Source: a virus | Strand: one strand, 5' to 3' | DNA: 64,000 nt | Virus record (IMG/VR): IMGVR_UViG_3300033150_001569 | Location: 1-64,000 of that record | Shown here: piece by piece, positions 29,896 through 38,946 of the stretch | How positions within the stretch are numbered: the first letter of the stretch is position 1 | Layout of the letters: each line of letters starts with the position of its first letter | Translations under genes and position numbers: made by a program | Notes under the pieces: model-generated | Databases searched by the model: none | What the model was told of the DNA's origin: nothing | Seen by the model: the letters and a program-made list of their open reading frames with translations, nothing else

Positions 29896-30336
29896 ATGAT
29901 ACCTAAAGATTATATTAAAAATGTTCTTATAACTGAATCAGTTGATTTTGAAAAAATTGCAAAAAGATTTCAAGATAAAGGATTTTTAAGAATTCTTCAT
30001 GGAGCATGTGGATGTATAACAGAAAGTGGAGAATTGATGGATCAGATTAAAAAGAGTATTTTTTATGATCTTCCATTAGATAGAACTAATGTACTTGAAG
30101 AGATAAGCGATAACCTTTGGTATATCGCAGTAATTTTAGATGAATTAGGAATATCATTTGAACAGGCAATGGAAAATAATATTAAAAAACTTCGTAAAAG
30201 ATATGGTGATAAATGGAATAAAAATGGAGCTTTAAATCGTGATTTAAAAGCAGAAAGAGAAATTTTAGAAGAAGTTAAAATTAAAGATAATAAATGTGAA
30301 AATTGTAATTGTGTAGATAAACAAAGATTATATTAA
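29896..30336 (+). CDS. MazG-like nucleotide pyrophosphohydrolase
   Basis: G..TESGELMD.IKK, EEISD.LWY, N..KLRKRY. Confidence 0.85.
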   Translation: MIPKDYIKNVLITESVDFEKIAKRFQDKGFLRILHGACGCITESGELMDQIKKSIFYDLPLDRTNVLEEISDNLWYIAVILDELGISFEQAMENNIKKLRKRYGDKWNKNGALNRDLKAEREILEEVKIKDNKCENCNCVDKQRLY

Positions 30337-31422
30337 ATATTATGAAAAAATAATTAGAAGAATAATAAAAAGTATATTTAATTTAATTTATCAACCTATT
30401 TATGCTATATTAATATTTGTTTCTACTCCAGTTGATATAATTTTATATTTATTATTTCCTAAATGGGATATTAAAACAAATATTAAATATACTAAAAGAA
30501 GATTAAAATATTTAGAAGAAGAATTTAAAGAATTTGATGATGTATGTGATATATGTGGAGGTGAAGATAAGCATATAATTGATTGTGGTGATATTAAAAA
30601 ATGTCATATATGTTTTTTTGGTAATGATTGTCAATAATATGAAGAAAAATAATAAAAAATTAAAATGTACTAAAAATAAACATATTTGGAAAAATGATAA
30701 AATAAAACTTAATGAATATTGTATTTGTGGAAAAATTAAATGGAGTGATTTGTTTCCTTGGTTAAAAGAAAATAAAAAGGAGAAGTAAATGAAAAATTTT
30801 ACTAATACTGGAAATGCCAAATATATTTATGATAAGAAAATTTTAGAAACTGCTATTAAAACATGTGATCAAATATTAGATTCATTAGATGAAATACCTA
30901 TGGAGGGAACAGATTTTGCAGAATCAGTTGAAGAAATGATAGGTAATATAAAAATGTATATTCAAGATAGAGATAGAATTACACAAAAACAGTTAGATAC
31001 AATAGAAAATACATTAGAGGGAACGGCAAAATGGATTAATCATAGAGATGAATTTAGGTGGTAAAATAAATGAATAAAATAAGATTTGAAAAAGAAAAAG
31101 GAATAATAAATTTTCTTAAAGGAATAGATTGTTGTGATGATTATAAGACTGATAGAGATGATCAAATTTGTCAATATTGTCATAAATTAATTGACAAAGG
31201 ATCAAATACTAGATTTATACATGGTCATGAGGGTTATCCTACTGGACATGTAATGTATTTGATTCATGAAGAATGTTATTGGAAAGCTATTAATAAATAT
31301 AATGAAAATAAAGAAAATAATAAATAATTGATATATTATTGATTATATTAATTATTTTAATTTATACTTGACTTTTTTAAACATATAGTTTAAATTTTTA
31401 AAGTTATAATTTGGAGATTTTT

Positions 31423-32028
31423 ATGAGTTTAATTCCTTTAGATGAAAGAAAAAGATTATTTATAGATATTGAGAGTTGTGGACTTGATCATAATAAATAT
31501 TCATTATGGAATATAGCTGGACTATTAGAAATAAATGATAAAATTGTTGAAGAATTTGATATAAAATTATTTCCGAAAAAAAGGAATATTTCAAATGAAG
31601 CAAAACAGTTATTAGAAATAGATAATCCATTAGATTTTTTTTCTAAATTTCAATCTTATAATGAAGGTTATAATCAATTGATATCTATTTTAGATAAATA
31701 TGTAAATAGATATGATAAAAATGATAAATTTATTTTATATTCTTATAATGTACCATTTGATACAAATTTTTTAAAAGAATTTTTTAAAGAAAATAATGAT
31801 GTATATTTTGGAAGTTGGTTTTCATATCAATTTGATATAATGCAAAAAGTATTAAATTTGATTGATTGTGAAAAAATTGATTTAGTAAAATTATATAATT
31901 TAGGAAATAATATTAAGTTGAATACAATTGCTAAATATTTTGAATTAGAATTTAATAATCATGTAGCTATTTCTGATATAAAAGTAACATATAAAATTTG
32001 GAAAAAACTTTGTGAATTAGAAAGTTAA
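31423..32028 (+). CDS. DEDDh 3'-5' exonuclease (DnaQ-like)
   Basis: IDIESCGL, YNVPFD, HVAISDI. Confidence 0.88.
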   Translation: MSLIPLDERKRLFIDIESCGLDHNKYSLWNIAGLLEINDKIVEEFDIKLFPKKRNISNEAKQLLEIDNPLDFFSKFQSYNEGYNQLISILDKYVNRYDKNDKFILYSYNVPFDTNFLKEFFKENNDVYFGSWFSYQFDIMQKVLNLIDCEKIDLVKLYNLGNNIKLNTIAKYFELEFNNHVAISDIKVTYKIWKKLCELES

Positions 32029-32035
32029 AATAATT

Positions 32036-32723
32036 ATGACTAAAAGAGTGCAACAAATATTATATTATAAATATAAATATAATAAATTAGGATTGAAAAA
32101 TGAAAAGGGAGAATTATATAAATATGTAACTAATGAGGTATTGGAAGAAATAAAAAATCATCCTGATTATGTTTTTGAAAATGGTAAGTGGAAATATATT
32201 GGTATATTAGATTGTCGAAAAAATATTCATTGGTTAATTAGAAAAGCATATAGATCATGGTTAGCTCAAGGTAATAGATGTAATAATCCTAATGATGTTG
32301 CTTATAAATATTATGGTGGTAAAGATAAACCTGTTAAACGTATATGGAATAGTAGAATTATGGTTAATTTTTGGATTAATGAATTTTTTAAAAGAAAATA
32401 TTGGATATATCCTGTACTAAGTAGATTTAAAGACAAAGGCGATTATAAATTAGGTAATTGTATTTTGGAAGAAAATATTGAAAATATTAGTAAAATTAAA
32501 TCAACAGAATTAATGCAAAAAACAAGAAGTAAAAATGGATTAAAAAATTCAAAAAAAAGTTAAATTAATTAATATTAATGATTTAAATGATTTTATAGAA
32601 TTTTATTCTACTTTAGAAGCATGTAGACAATTAAATAAAGAAAAAACTTGTATAACAAATGCTATAAGAAGAAATGGAAATATTTATTATAATAATAAAA
32701 AATATAAACCAGAAAAAATATAA
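32036..32723 (+). CDS. HNH-like homing endonuclease family member (A-run slip at ~32555)
   Basis: paralog of 26058; NUMOD1-like tail EFYSTLEACRQL continues in the shifted frame. Confidence 0.6.
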
Positions 32724-32746
32724 ACCAGAATATATAAAAGGATAAT

Positions 32747-33721
32747 ATGGATATTAAAAATTTAAATAATTTTAAAAATAAAAATATAATACTTATAGGA
32801 GATGTAGCGATTGATATTTATGAATATTATAAATCAACTGAGTCTTCTCCTGAACATAAAGATATTCCAAAATGTATATTAGAAAATAGAAAAATTAATT
32901 TAGGAATGACAGGAAATGTTGCAACAAATCTTGCTGCATTAGGAGCAAATGTTTATTTTTTCTGTGTTGGTAATAGAGAATTTTATGATGAATTAATGAA
33001 AATAAGTAATAAATTTGATAATAGAATAAAACTAATTTTTTATTCATCAGATAATATTACTTATAAGAAAAGAATAATAGTTAATAATAAACATATAATG
33101 AGAATTGACGAAGATATAAATATATCTAAAGATGAAAAGATTTTATTTAGATTTGATAGTATTTTATCATTGTCTCTTTCATCTAATATTAATATTGATG
33201 CAATTATATTATCTGATTATAATCGTGGATTAATAAAAAATTATGGTCAAGAATTTATAAATAAATTAAAAAATAAATTTAAAAATATTTCTATTTTTTA
33301 TGACCCACATGAAAAACAAAATAATATTCCAAATGGTATTGATTATTTAACACCTAATTTAAAAGAAGCAAAAGCAATTACTAAAAATAAAACTAATTTT
33401 TATTTAGATACGTATAATAATTTAATAAATAAAAATTTAGCAAAAAATATTATATTAAAATTGTCTGAAGATGGAGTTGTTTTTAAAGACGAAGATAATA
33501 AAGTTCAAAAAATTTCAGCTTGTAAAGAATCTGTTATTGATGTATCAGGAGCAGGAGATACATTAGTTTCAGTATTAGCATTAGCATTATCTTCAGGATT
33601 TTCTTTATATGATTCTGTTAATATTGCTAATATAGCATCAGGATTAGTAGTTATGAAAGAAGGAACACAACCAGTTTATTTTGAAGAATTAGAAAAGGAA
33701 TTAAAAAATTATGGAAAGTAA
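32747..33721 (+). CDS. RfaE/HldE-type heptose-7-phosphate kinase domain (PfkB family)
   Basis: IGD..ID.Y, SPE, GNVA.NLAALGA, K.RI, RID, LSDYNRG, TPNLKEA, DVSGAGDT, AN.ASG.VV.K.GT. Confidence 0.85.
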   Translation: MDIKNLNNFKNKNIILIGDVAIDIYEYYKSTESSPEHKDIPKCILENRKINLGMTGNVATNLAALGANVYFFCVGNREFYDELMKISNKFDNRIKLIFYSSDNITYKKRIIVNNKHIMRIDEDINISKDEKILFRFDSILSLSLSSNINIDAIILSDYNRGLIKNYGQEFINKLKNKFKNISIFYDPHEKQNNIPNGIDYLTPNLKEAKAITKNKTNFYLDTYNNLINKNLAKNIILKLSEDGVVFKDEDNKVQKISACKESVIDVSGAGDTLVSVLALALSSGFSLYDSVNIANIASGLVVMKEGTQPVYFEELEKELKNYGK

Positions 33722-33935
33722 AAAGATAGAATTTAAAAAATATAATGGACAAATTAAAATTTATATTGATGTAAAAGGAATGCAAGCAAAAAGTAAAAGT
33801 GATTGTAAGGATATTATTATAAAAAAGGCAAAAATTATTATAAGTAAATTACTTGAGAAACGTAATGATTTTGATGATGAATCATTATATATTATTAAGG
33901 ACGTAGAAACTAAAATATTATAAACAAAATTAATT

Positions 33936-34523
33936 ATGAACATAATCAAAGCAAATTTAGATGATTTTTTGTCCAGTGATCATCATATAGGACATTATAA
34001 TATAATAAATTATTGTAAACGACCATTTTATTCAATTCAAGAGATGGATTATATATTAATTAAAAATTGGAATGATAATATTACAAACAATGATATTGTT
34101 TTTTATCTTGGTGATTTTTGTATGAATCCTAAATATTATCAAATATTGTTACAATTTAATTTTAAAAAAATATATTTTATAATAGGAAATCATGATAAAA
34201 GAAAAAAATTACAAAAATTAATTGATGAATATAATTTAAATATTGAAATTTTTGATAATTTAATTATAGAAGTTGATAATAAGCAATATTATTTAACACA
34301 TATGCCTATTAATTGTTCAGATAACATTCCTAGTATAATTGGTCATGTTCATGAAAAATTTTTAAAATTAAATAAAAATAGTATTATTACACATTTTAAT
34401 CGTCAATTAAAAAAAGAAATTAAAAAAGAATTAAAACAATCAATTATTAATGTTGGTGTAGATGTTCATAATTTCAAACCTCTTAAAATAAGAGACTGTT
34501 TAAAAATTTTAAATGGAGAGTAA
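33936..34523 (+). CDS. calcineurin-like phosphoesterase
   Basis: SDHHIGH, LGDF, GNHD, H.P, GHVH, NVGVD. Confidence 0.85.
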   Translation: MNIIKANLDDFLSSDHHIGHYNIINYCKRPFYSIQEMDYILIKNWNDNITNNDIVFYLGDFCMNPKYYQILLQFNFKKIYFIIGNHDKRKKLQKLIDEYNLNIEIFDNLIIEVDNKQYYLTHMPINCSDNIPSIIGHVHEKFLKLNKNSIITHFNRQLKKEIKKELKQSIINVGVDVHNFKPLKIRDCLKILNGE

Positions 34524-34527
34524 TAAA

Positions 34528-35142
34528 ATGAAAAATTTAATATTAATTTTATATATTTTACCTAGTATATTATTTGCTAATATTTGTGACAAACATCCTA
34601 TTTATTGCCAGATTATTAAAAATAAACAAAAAGTGAATGAAAAAATAAATTATAAATATGCAATGAAATTATCTAATAGTATATATAAAGTATGTAGAAA
34701 AGTTTTAAGAGAACAAACAAAACAAAATGAAATAGATAAAAAATCTTATTTATATAAATCTACTGATTATATTACTTGGAAAAATTTTATTGATTGTGAA
34801 AAAGATATGCAAATATATACTGCGATATTAGCTCAGGAATCGAGATATCAATTAAACGCAACTAATTGTATTCGAGGTTTAGATAAAACTACTCATGAAG
34901 AAACAACAGTTTGTATTGATTTTGGAATTTCTCAAGTAAATTTAAGAAATATTATTAAATATGATTTAGATACTCGTAAATTACTTACTGATATTGATTA
35001 TTCAGTTGAACAAGGAATTTGGATTTTAGCTAAATTTAAAAATCAATATTATGATAAAGAAGATAATTATTGGTCTAGATATAATGCTTCTTCTCATAAA
35101 AAAAGAAAAATATATGAAGATTTAGTTTCTAGATTTTTTTAA
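34528..35142 (+). CDS. lytic transglycosylase (SLT) with N-terminal signal/anchor
   Basis: AILAQESRY, DFGISQVN, YN motifs; hydrophobic N-terminus. Confidence 0.75.
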   Translation: MKNLILILYILPSILFANICDKHPIYCQIIKNKQKVNEKINYKYAMKLSNSIYKVCRKVLREQTKQNEIDKKSYLYKSTDYITWKNFIDCEKDMQIYTAILAQESRYQLNATNCIRGLDKTTHEETTVCIDFGISQVNLRNIIKYDLDTRKLLTDIDYSVEQGIWILAKFKNQYYDKEDNYWSRYNASSHKKRKIYEDLVSRFF

Positions 35143-35236
35143 TTATTTGATAATGTTCTTGACTTATCATACAAATTAATATATAAATTATATACTTAAT
35201 AAATAACATAAGTTATTGAAATTAAATGAGGAATTT

Positions 35237-35343
35237 ATGCCAAGAACTAAGAAAAAGACTACAAAGAAAACTCCAGATAAAAAAAATATTAAAAAAATAC
35301 TAAAAAGACTAATAAAAGAGGAAGACCTAAAACAAAAAAATAA
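35237..35343 (+). CDS. small Lys-rich peptide, AT-hook if an A-run slip is corrected
   Basis: RBS GAGG, MPRTKKKTTKKTPDKK; one added A gives ..TNKRGRPKTKK*; flanked by promoter and terminator. Confidence 0.45.
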
Positions 35344-35371
35344 GTTTAAATTAAATACCCAAAATTTTTAA

Positions 35372-35404
35372 ACCCTCAATATCAATATGGTATTGAGGGT
35401 TTTT
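35372..35404 (+). terminator. intrinsic terminator
   Basis: AACCCTCAATATC-loop-GGTATTGAGGGTT then TTT. Confidence 0.75.
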
Positions 35405-35416
35405 ATTATCTAATCT

Positions 35417-35441
35417 ATTCTAAAATAGCAAAATTCTCTAC
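35417..35441 (+). promoter_or_regulatory. candidate late promoter/operator motif
   Basis: ATTCTAAAATAGCAAAATTCTCTAC; near-identical copies at 51481 and 49569. Confidence 0.55.
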
Positions 35442-35502
35442 ATTTTAGATAAAAAATAATATTTAATATTTATTTAAATTTTTTAATAAATGAGGTTTTA
35501 AA

Positions 35503-35886
35503 ATGGCAGTTCCTTCAAAAGATGCTAGTAATGAAGAAAAAAGAAATGCTCAAAAAGCAAGAGCGTCAAAATATGGTATAGAAGCTTTAGATGGTAAAGG
35601 AGAGAATTTATCTTATCCTGCTGGTTTTCCAACAAAAGAAAGTCTTTATGGTGATCCAGTAAATTTAAAATATCCTCTTGAATCTAAAGCAAGAGCAGCA
35701 AATGCTAGAGTTCGTTTTAAACAATTTGCTGATAATTATTCAAAAACATCATCTAAAAGAATAATTCATGAAAGAATAGTCAGAGCAGAAATAGCTCATG
35801 GAATTGAACCTAAATATAATGAAGATGATGCTCTTGATAGATTACTTCCTGCTTCTTTAGTAGATCAAATGATGAAATCTGAATAA
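35503..35886 (+). CDS. phage head-associated hypothetical (DUF6582-like)
   Basis: YGDPVNLKYPL...RAANARVRF motif; first gene after the late motif. Confidence 0.5.
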   Translation: MAVPSKDASNEEKRNAQKARASKYGIEALDGKGENLSYPAGFPTKESLYGDPVNLKYPLESKARAANARVRFKQFADNYSKTSSKRIIHERIVRAEIAHGIEPKYNEDDALDRLLPASLVDQMMKSE

Positions 35887-36203
35887 TTCAGATAAATAAG
35901 TATAAATTTATATAAGTATGATAGATAAAAAAACTATAATATCTAATTTTATTTCTAAATATGACATCTATGATTTTTCTCCTAAACAACAATATATTTT
36001 CGGATTATTTATTTCTAAATTAGAAAATTTTAATATTGAACAAATTAAAGGGGCAATCTCTCTATTTCAAAAAGAGATTATGCCCCTTTTTACGTTAACA
36101 GATGATGAAAATAAATTTTTAGAAGAATTTGATAAAAAATATTTAGAATTACAAAAACAAAATAAAAAAGAACTTATTAAATTTTTATCAGATGAAGGAG
36201 AAT

Positions 36204-36788
36204 ATGAGAAAATCGAACATTTGTAAATATATTTGTTTTGAAGGAATAAATGGTTCTGGAAAAACTACACAAGCATTAAAGTTAACTGACTATTTAACAG
36301 AAAAAGGTTTTAATACTATTTATACAACAGAATATAATCCAATATTTTTAGAAAATTTATCTAATTATAAAAATAAAGATAAAGTAGTAAAACAATTAAT
36401 AATTGGTGCTAATTCAAGAGCACATTATTTAGATATTATTAAACCAGGGTTAAAACAATATGATTATATAATTTCTGATCGTGGTCCATTTTATAATTTT
36501 TGTTATGGTGAAGTCGATATTCCTGATATTAATTTTATATTTGAATATATTTATAGAAAAACTTATGTACCTGATTTAAATATTTTATGTGATGTTAAAA
36601 ATATAGAAGATGCAATTAATAGAATAAAAAATAAATCTTCTAGTAAATCAATTAAATATCATGAGAAAGCAAAAGATTTATTTTTAAGAGCAGCAGATGT
36701 TTATCCTAATTTTAGAATTGTTGATACTAGTATTTATAATATAGATCAAGCTCATAATGTTGTTAAAAAAATAATAGATAATTTTTAG
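36204..36788 (+). CDS. tmk: thymidylate kinase
   Basis: ICFEGINGSGKTTQ P-loop, ISDR, PDL. Confidence 0.85.
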   Translation: MRKSNICKYICFEGINGSGKTTQALKLTDYLTEKGFNTIYTTEYNPIFLENLSNYKNKDKVVKQLIIGANSRAHYLDIIKPGLKQYDYIISDRGPFYNFCYGEVDIPDINFIFEYIYRKTYVPDLNILCDVKNIEDAINRIKNKSSSKSIKYHEKAKDLFLRAADVYPNFRIVDTSIYNIDQAHNVVKKIIDNF

Positions 36789-36796
36789 GTTATTTT

Positions 36797-37582
36797 ATGT
36801 CTGATGATTTTACTTTTGAATTGGAAGAAAAAGTTCCTAATAAAGAATTAAAAATAGAAAAACAAGGTGATTGGCAAGTAATTAAAAATAATAGTGATAG
36901 ACCTATTACAGCAGAAGAATTTGAAGCATTAATTAATAAAGATTATAAAAAAGCAAAAGATAAAGTATTAATTAAACCAAAAAAAGATAAACAATTACCA
37001 TCTCCAAAAGATACTAAAAATAAAGATGAGGAAAAAATAGAAGAGAAAGATCCTCCTAAAAAATGTTCATTTATAATGAAAGATGGACAACAATGTAGTA
37101 ATTGGGTTATTCCAGGTAGTGATTATTGTTCTAAACATACTAATCCAGTTCCATCTAAACCAAGTGATTTTAAACCTAAAGTTATTCCAAAAGGAAAAGT
37201 AAAAGAAGGATTATATAGTACTACTAAATATACTGCTTCTGTACAAGGAATGGTTAGTGAATATAGAAAAGATCCTGATTTAGAAAATTTAGATATTGAA
37301 TTAGCATATATGAAATCATTAAAAGATAGAGTAGAGAATCTTGAAATACCTGAATTTGATAAAGTTAAATTAGTAGGAGATATATTAATTGAAACAACTA
37401 AAATGGCAGAAAGAAGACAAAAAATTATTGAAGCTAGAAAATATTATTTAGAAGTATCTCAGATAACTTATTTCGTGACACAAATTTTAAATATTATAAA
37501 TCGTCACGTTCAAAGTCCTGAAGAAAGATTAGCAATTAAGGAAGATATTCAAGGACTTTATATAAAAAGATTAAAAAAATAA
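36797..37582 (+). CDS. putative terminase small subunit
   Basis: C..K.GQQC....YC.KH Zn motif, GLYS, helical C-terminus; position upstream of TerL. Confidence 0.5.
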   Translation: MSDDFTFELEEKVPNKELKIEKQGDWQVIKNNSDRPITAEEFEALINKDYKKAKDKVLIKPKKDKQLPSPKDTKNKDEEKIEEKDPPKKCSFIMKDGQQCSNWVIPGSDYCSKHTNPVPSKPSDFKPKVIPKGKVKEGLYSTTKYTASVQGMVSEYRKDPDLENLDIELAYMKSLKDRVENLEIPEFDKVKLVGDILIETTKMAERRQKIIEARKYYLEVSQITYFVTQILNIINRHVQSPEERLAIKEDIQGLYIKRLKK

Positions 37583-37591
37583 GGATATCTA

Positions 37592-38944
37592 ATGGATAAA
37601 GAAAAAATTAAAAATGATATTATAAGAGTTGCTAATAAATTAAATAAAAGACCTAGTAGAGATGAATATTTAGTTTATGGTAAATATTCAAAAAGAAATA
37701 TTGATAAAGTTTTTGGTTCTTATAGTGCAGCAATTTTTGAATCGGGTGTTGAAAAAATTGAAACAATTAAAAATCTTAAAAAATTAAGAAATGAATTAGT
37801 TAATTATGATTCTGATTGTGAAAAAGAAATAATTGAAGAAATGGAAAAACATAAAGAAAAAGTAAAAGAAAAAGTAACTAAAAGATATTATGAACAATTA
37901 AAAAAACAAAAAATGATAGGAGATCTTGTTATAGAAACAATTGAGGGATGTGCTGCTTCATTAGAAGCTAATGAGTTAAGTATAAAAGTTATTCCTTCAG
38001 ATACTAAAAAATGTGATTTTAATAAAAGTAAAGCTATTTTATGGTTAGATTTTAGTGATAGTCATATAGGAGAATTAGTTAAAAAAGAAGTTGTTGGAGG
38101 TTTGGGTGAACATAATTGGCAAATTTGGGAAGAAAAATTAAGTAAATGGGTAAATAAAGTAATTAATAAAATAAGAAATCTTAAAAATATTTATAATATA
38201 GAAAAAGTAATAATAGCATTTTTAGGAGATATAATTGATGGTGATAGTATTTATAGAAGTCATACCTATAATATTGATACTGATAAATTTTTTCAAATAA
38301 CAGAAGGTTCAGAAGATATAACAAATGCTTTAGTTAAGATTGCAAGTACATTTCCTAATATTGATTTTGAAATTTATGGAACTGGTGGAAATCATGGTAG
38401 AGATGGAAGAAAAGGAGAAAAACCATATCATATTAATTTTGATTTAATGGTTTATAAATTTATTGAAACTAGATTAAAATGTTATAATCTTAAAAATATT
38501 CAATTCAATTTTTCTATAGTTTGGTTTTCAGTAGTTTCTTTATTTTATGAAGATAAAGATTGTCCTGTTAAAGAAACAGGATGGTTAAATCTTATTCAAC
38601 ATGGTGATGGAATACCACAGAATTTAGGGATTCCTTTTTATGGTATATCAAGATCTGCTGCTAAATATGATAAAATGCTTCAAAAATGTATTCATTATAG
38701 ACATTTAGGACATTTTCATACAGGTGGAGATTTAGGTAATTCAGCAGGTGCAGATTTATTAAATGGTTGTTTTCCTGGTGGAAATGAATTTTCTGCAAAA
38801 GATTTAGCAGTTACTTCTAGACCAGAACAAAGAGGTTATTTATTTACTCCACAAGAAGGAATAGTTGATACATATCGTTTTTATCTTAGTGATTTTATAG
38901 TTCCCGATATTAAGATTTATGGAAAAGATAAAGATAAGGAATAG
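37592..38944 (+). CDS. metallophosphoesterase with N-terminal HNH-associated-repeat-like domain
   Basis: KRPSRDEY..FGSYSAA N-terminus; SDSHIG, LGDIIDG, GNHGR, HGD, GHFH. Confidence 0.75.
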   Translation: MDKEKIKNDIIRVANKLNKRPSRDEYLVYGKYSKRNIDKVFGSYSAAIFESGVEKIETIKNLKKLRNELVNYDSDCEKEIIEEMEKHKEKVKEKVTKRYYEQLKKQKMIGDLVIETIEGCAASLEANELSIKVIPSDTKKCDFNKSKAILWLDFSDSHIGELVKKEVVGGLGEHNWQIWEEKLSKWVNKVINKIRNLKNIYNIEKVIIAFLGDIIDGDSIYRSHTYNIDTDKFFQITEGSEDITNALVKIASTFPNIDFEIYGTGGNHGRDGRKGEKPYHINFDLMVYKFIETRLKCYNLKNIQFNFSIVWFSVVSLFYEDKDCPVKETGWLNLIQHGDGIPQNLGIPFYGISRSAAKYDKMLQKCIHYRHLGHFHTGGDLGNSAGADLLNGCFPGGNEFSAKDLAVTSRPEQRGYLFTPQEGIVDTYRFYLSDFIVPDIKIYGKDKDKE

Positions 38945-38946
38945 TT

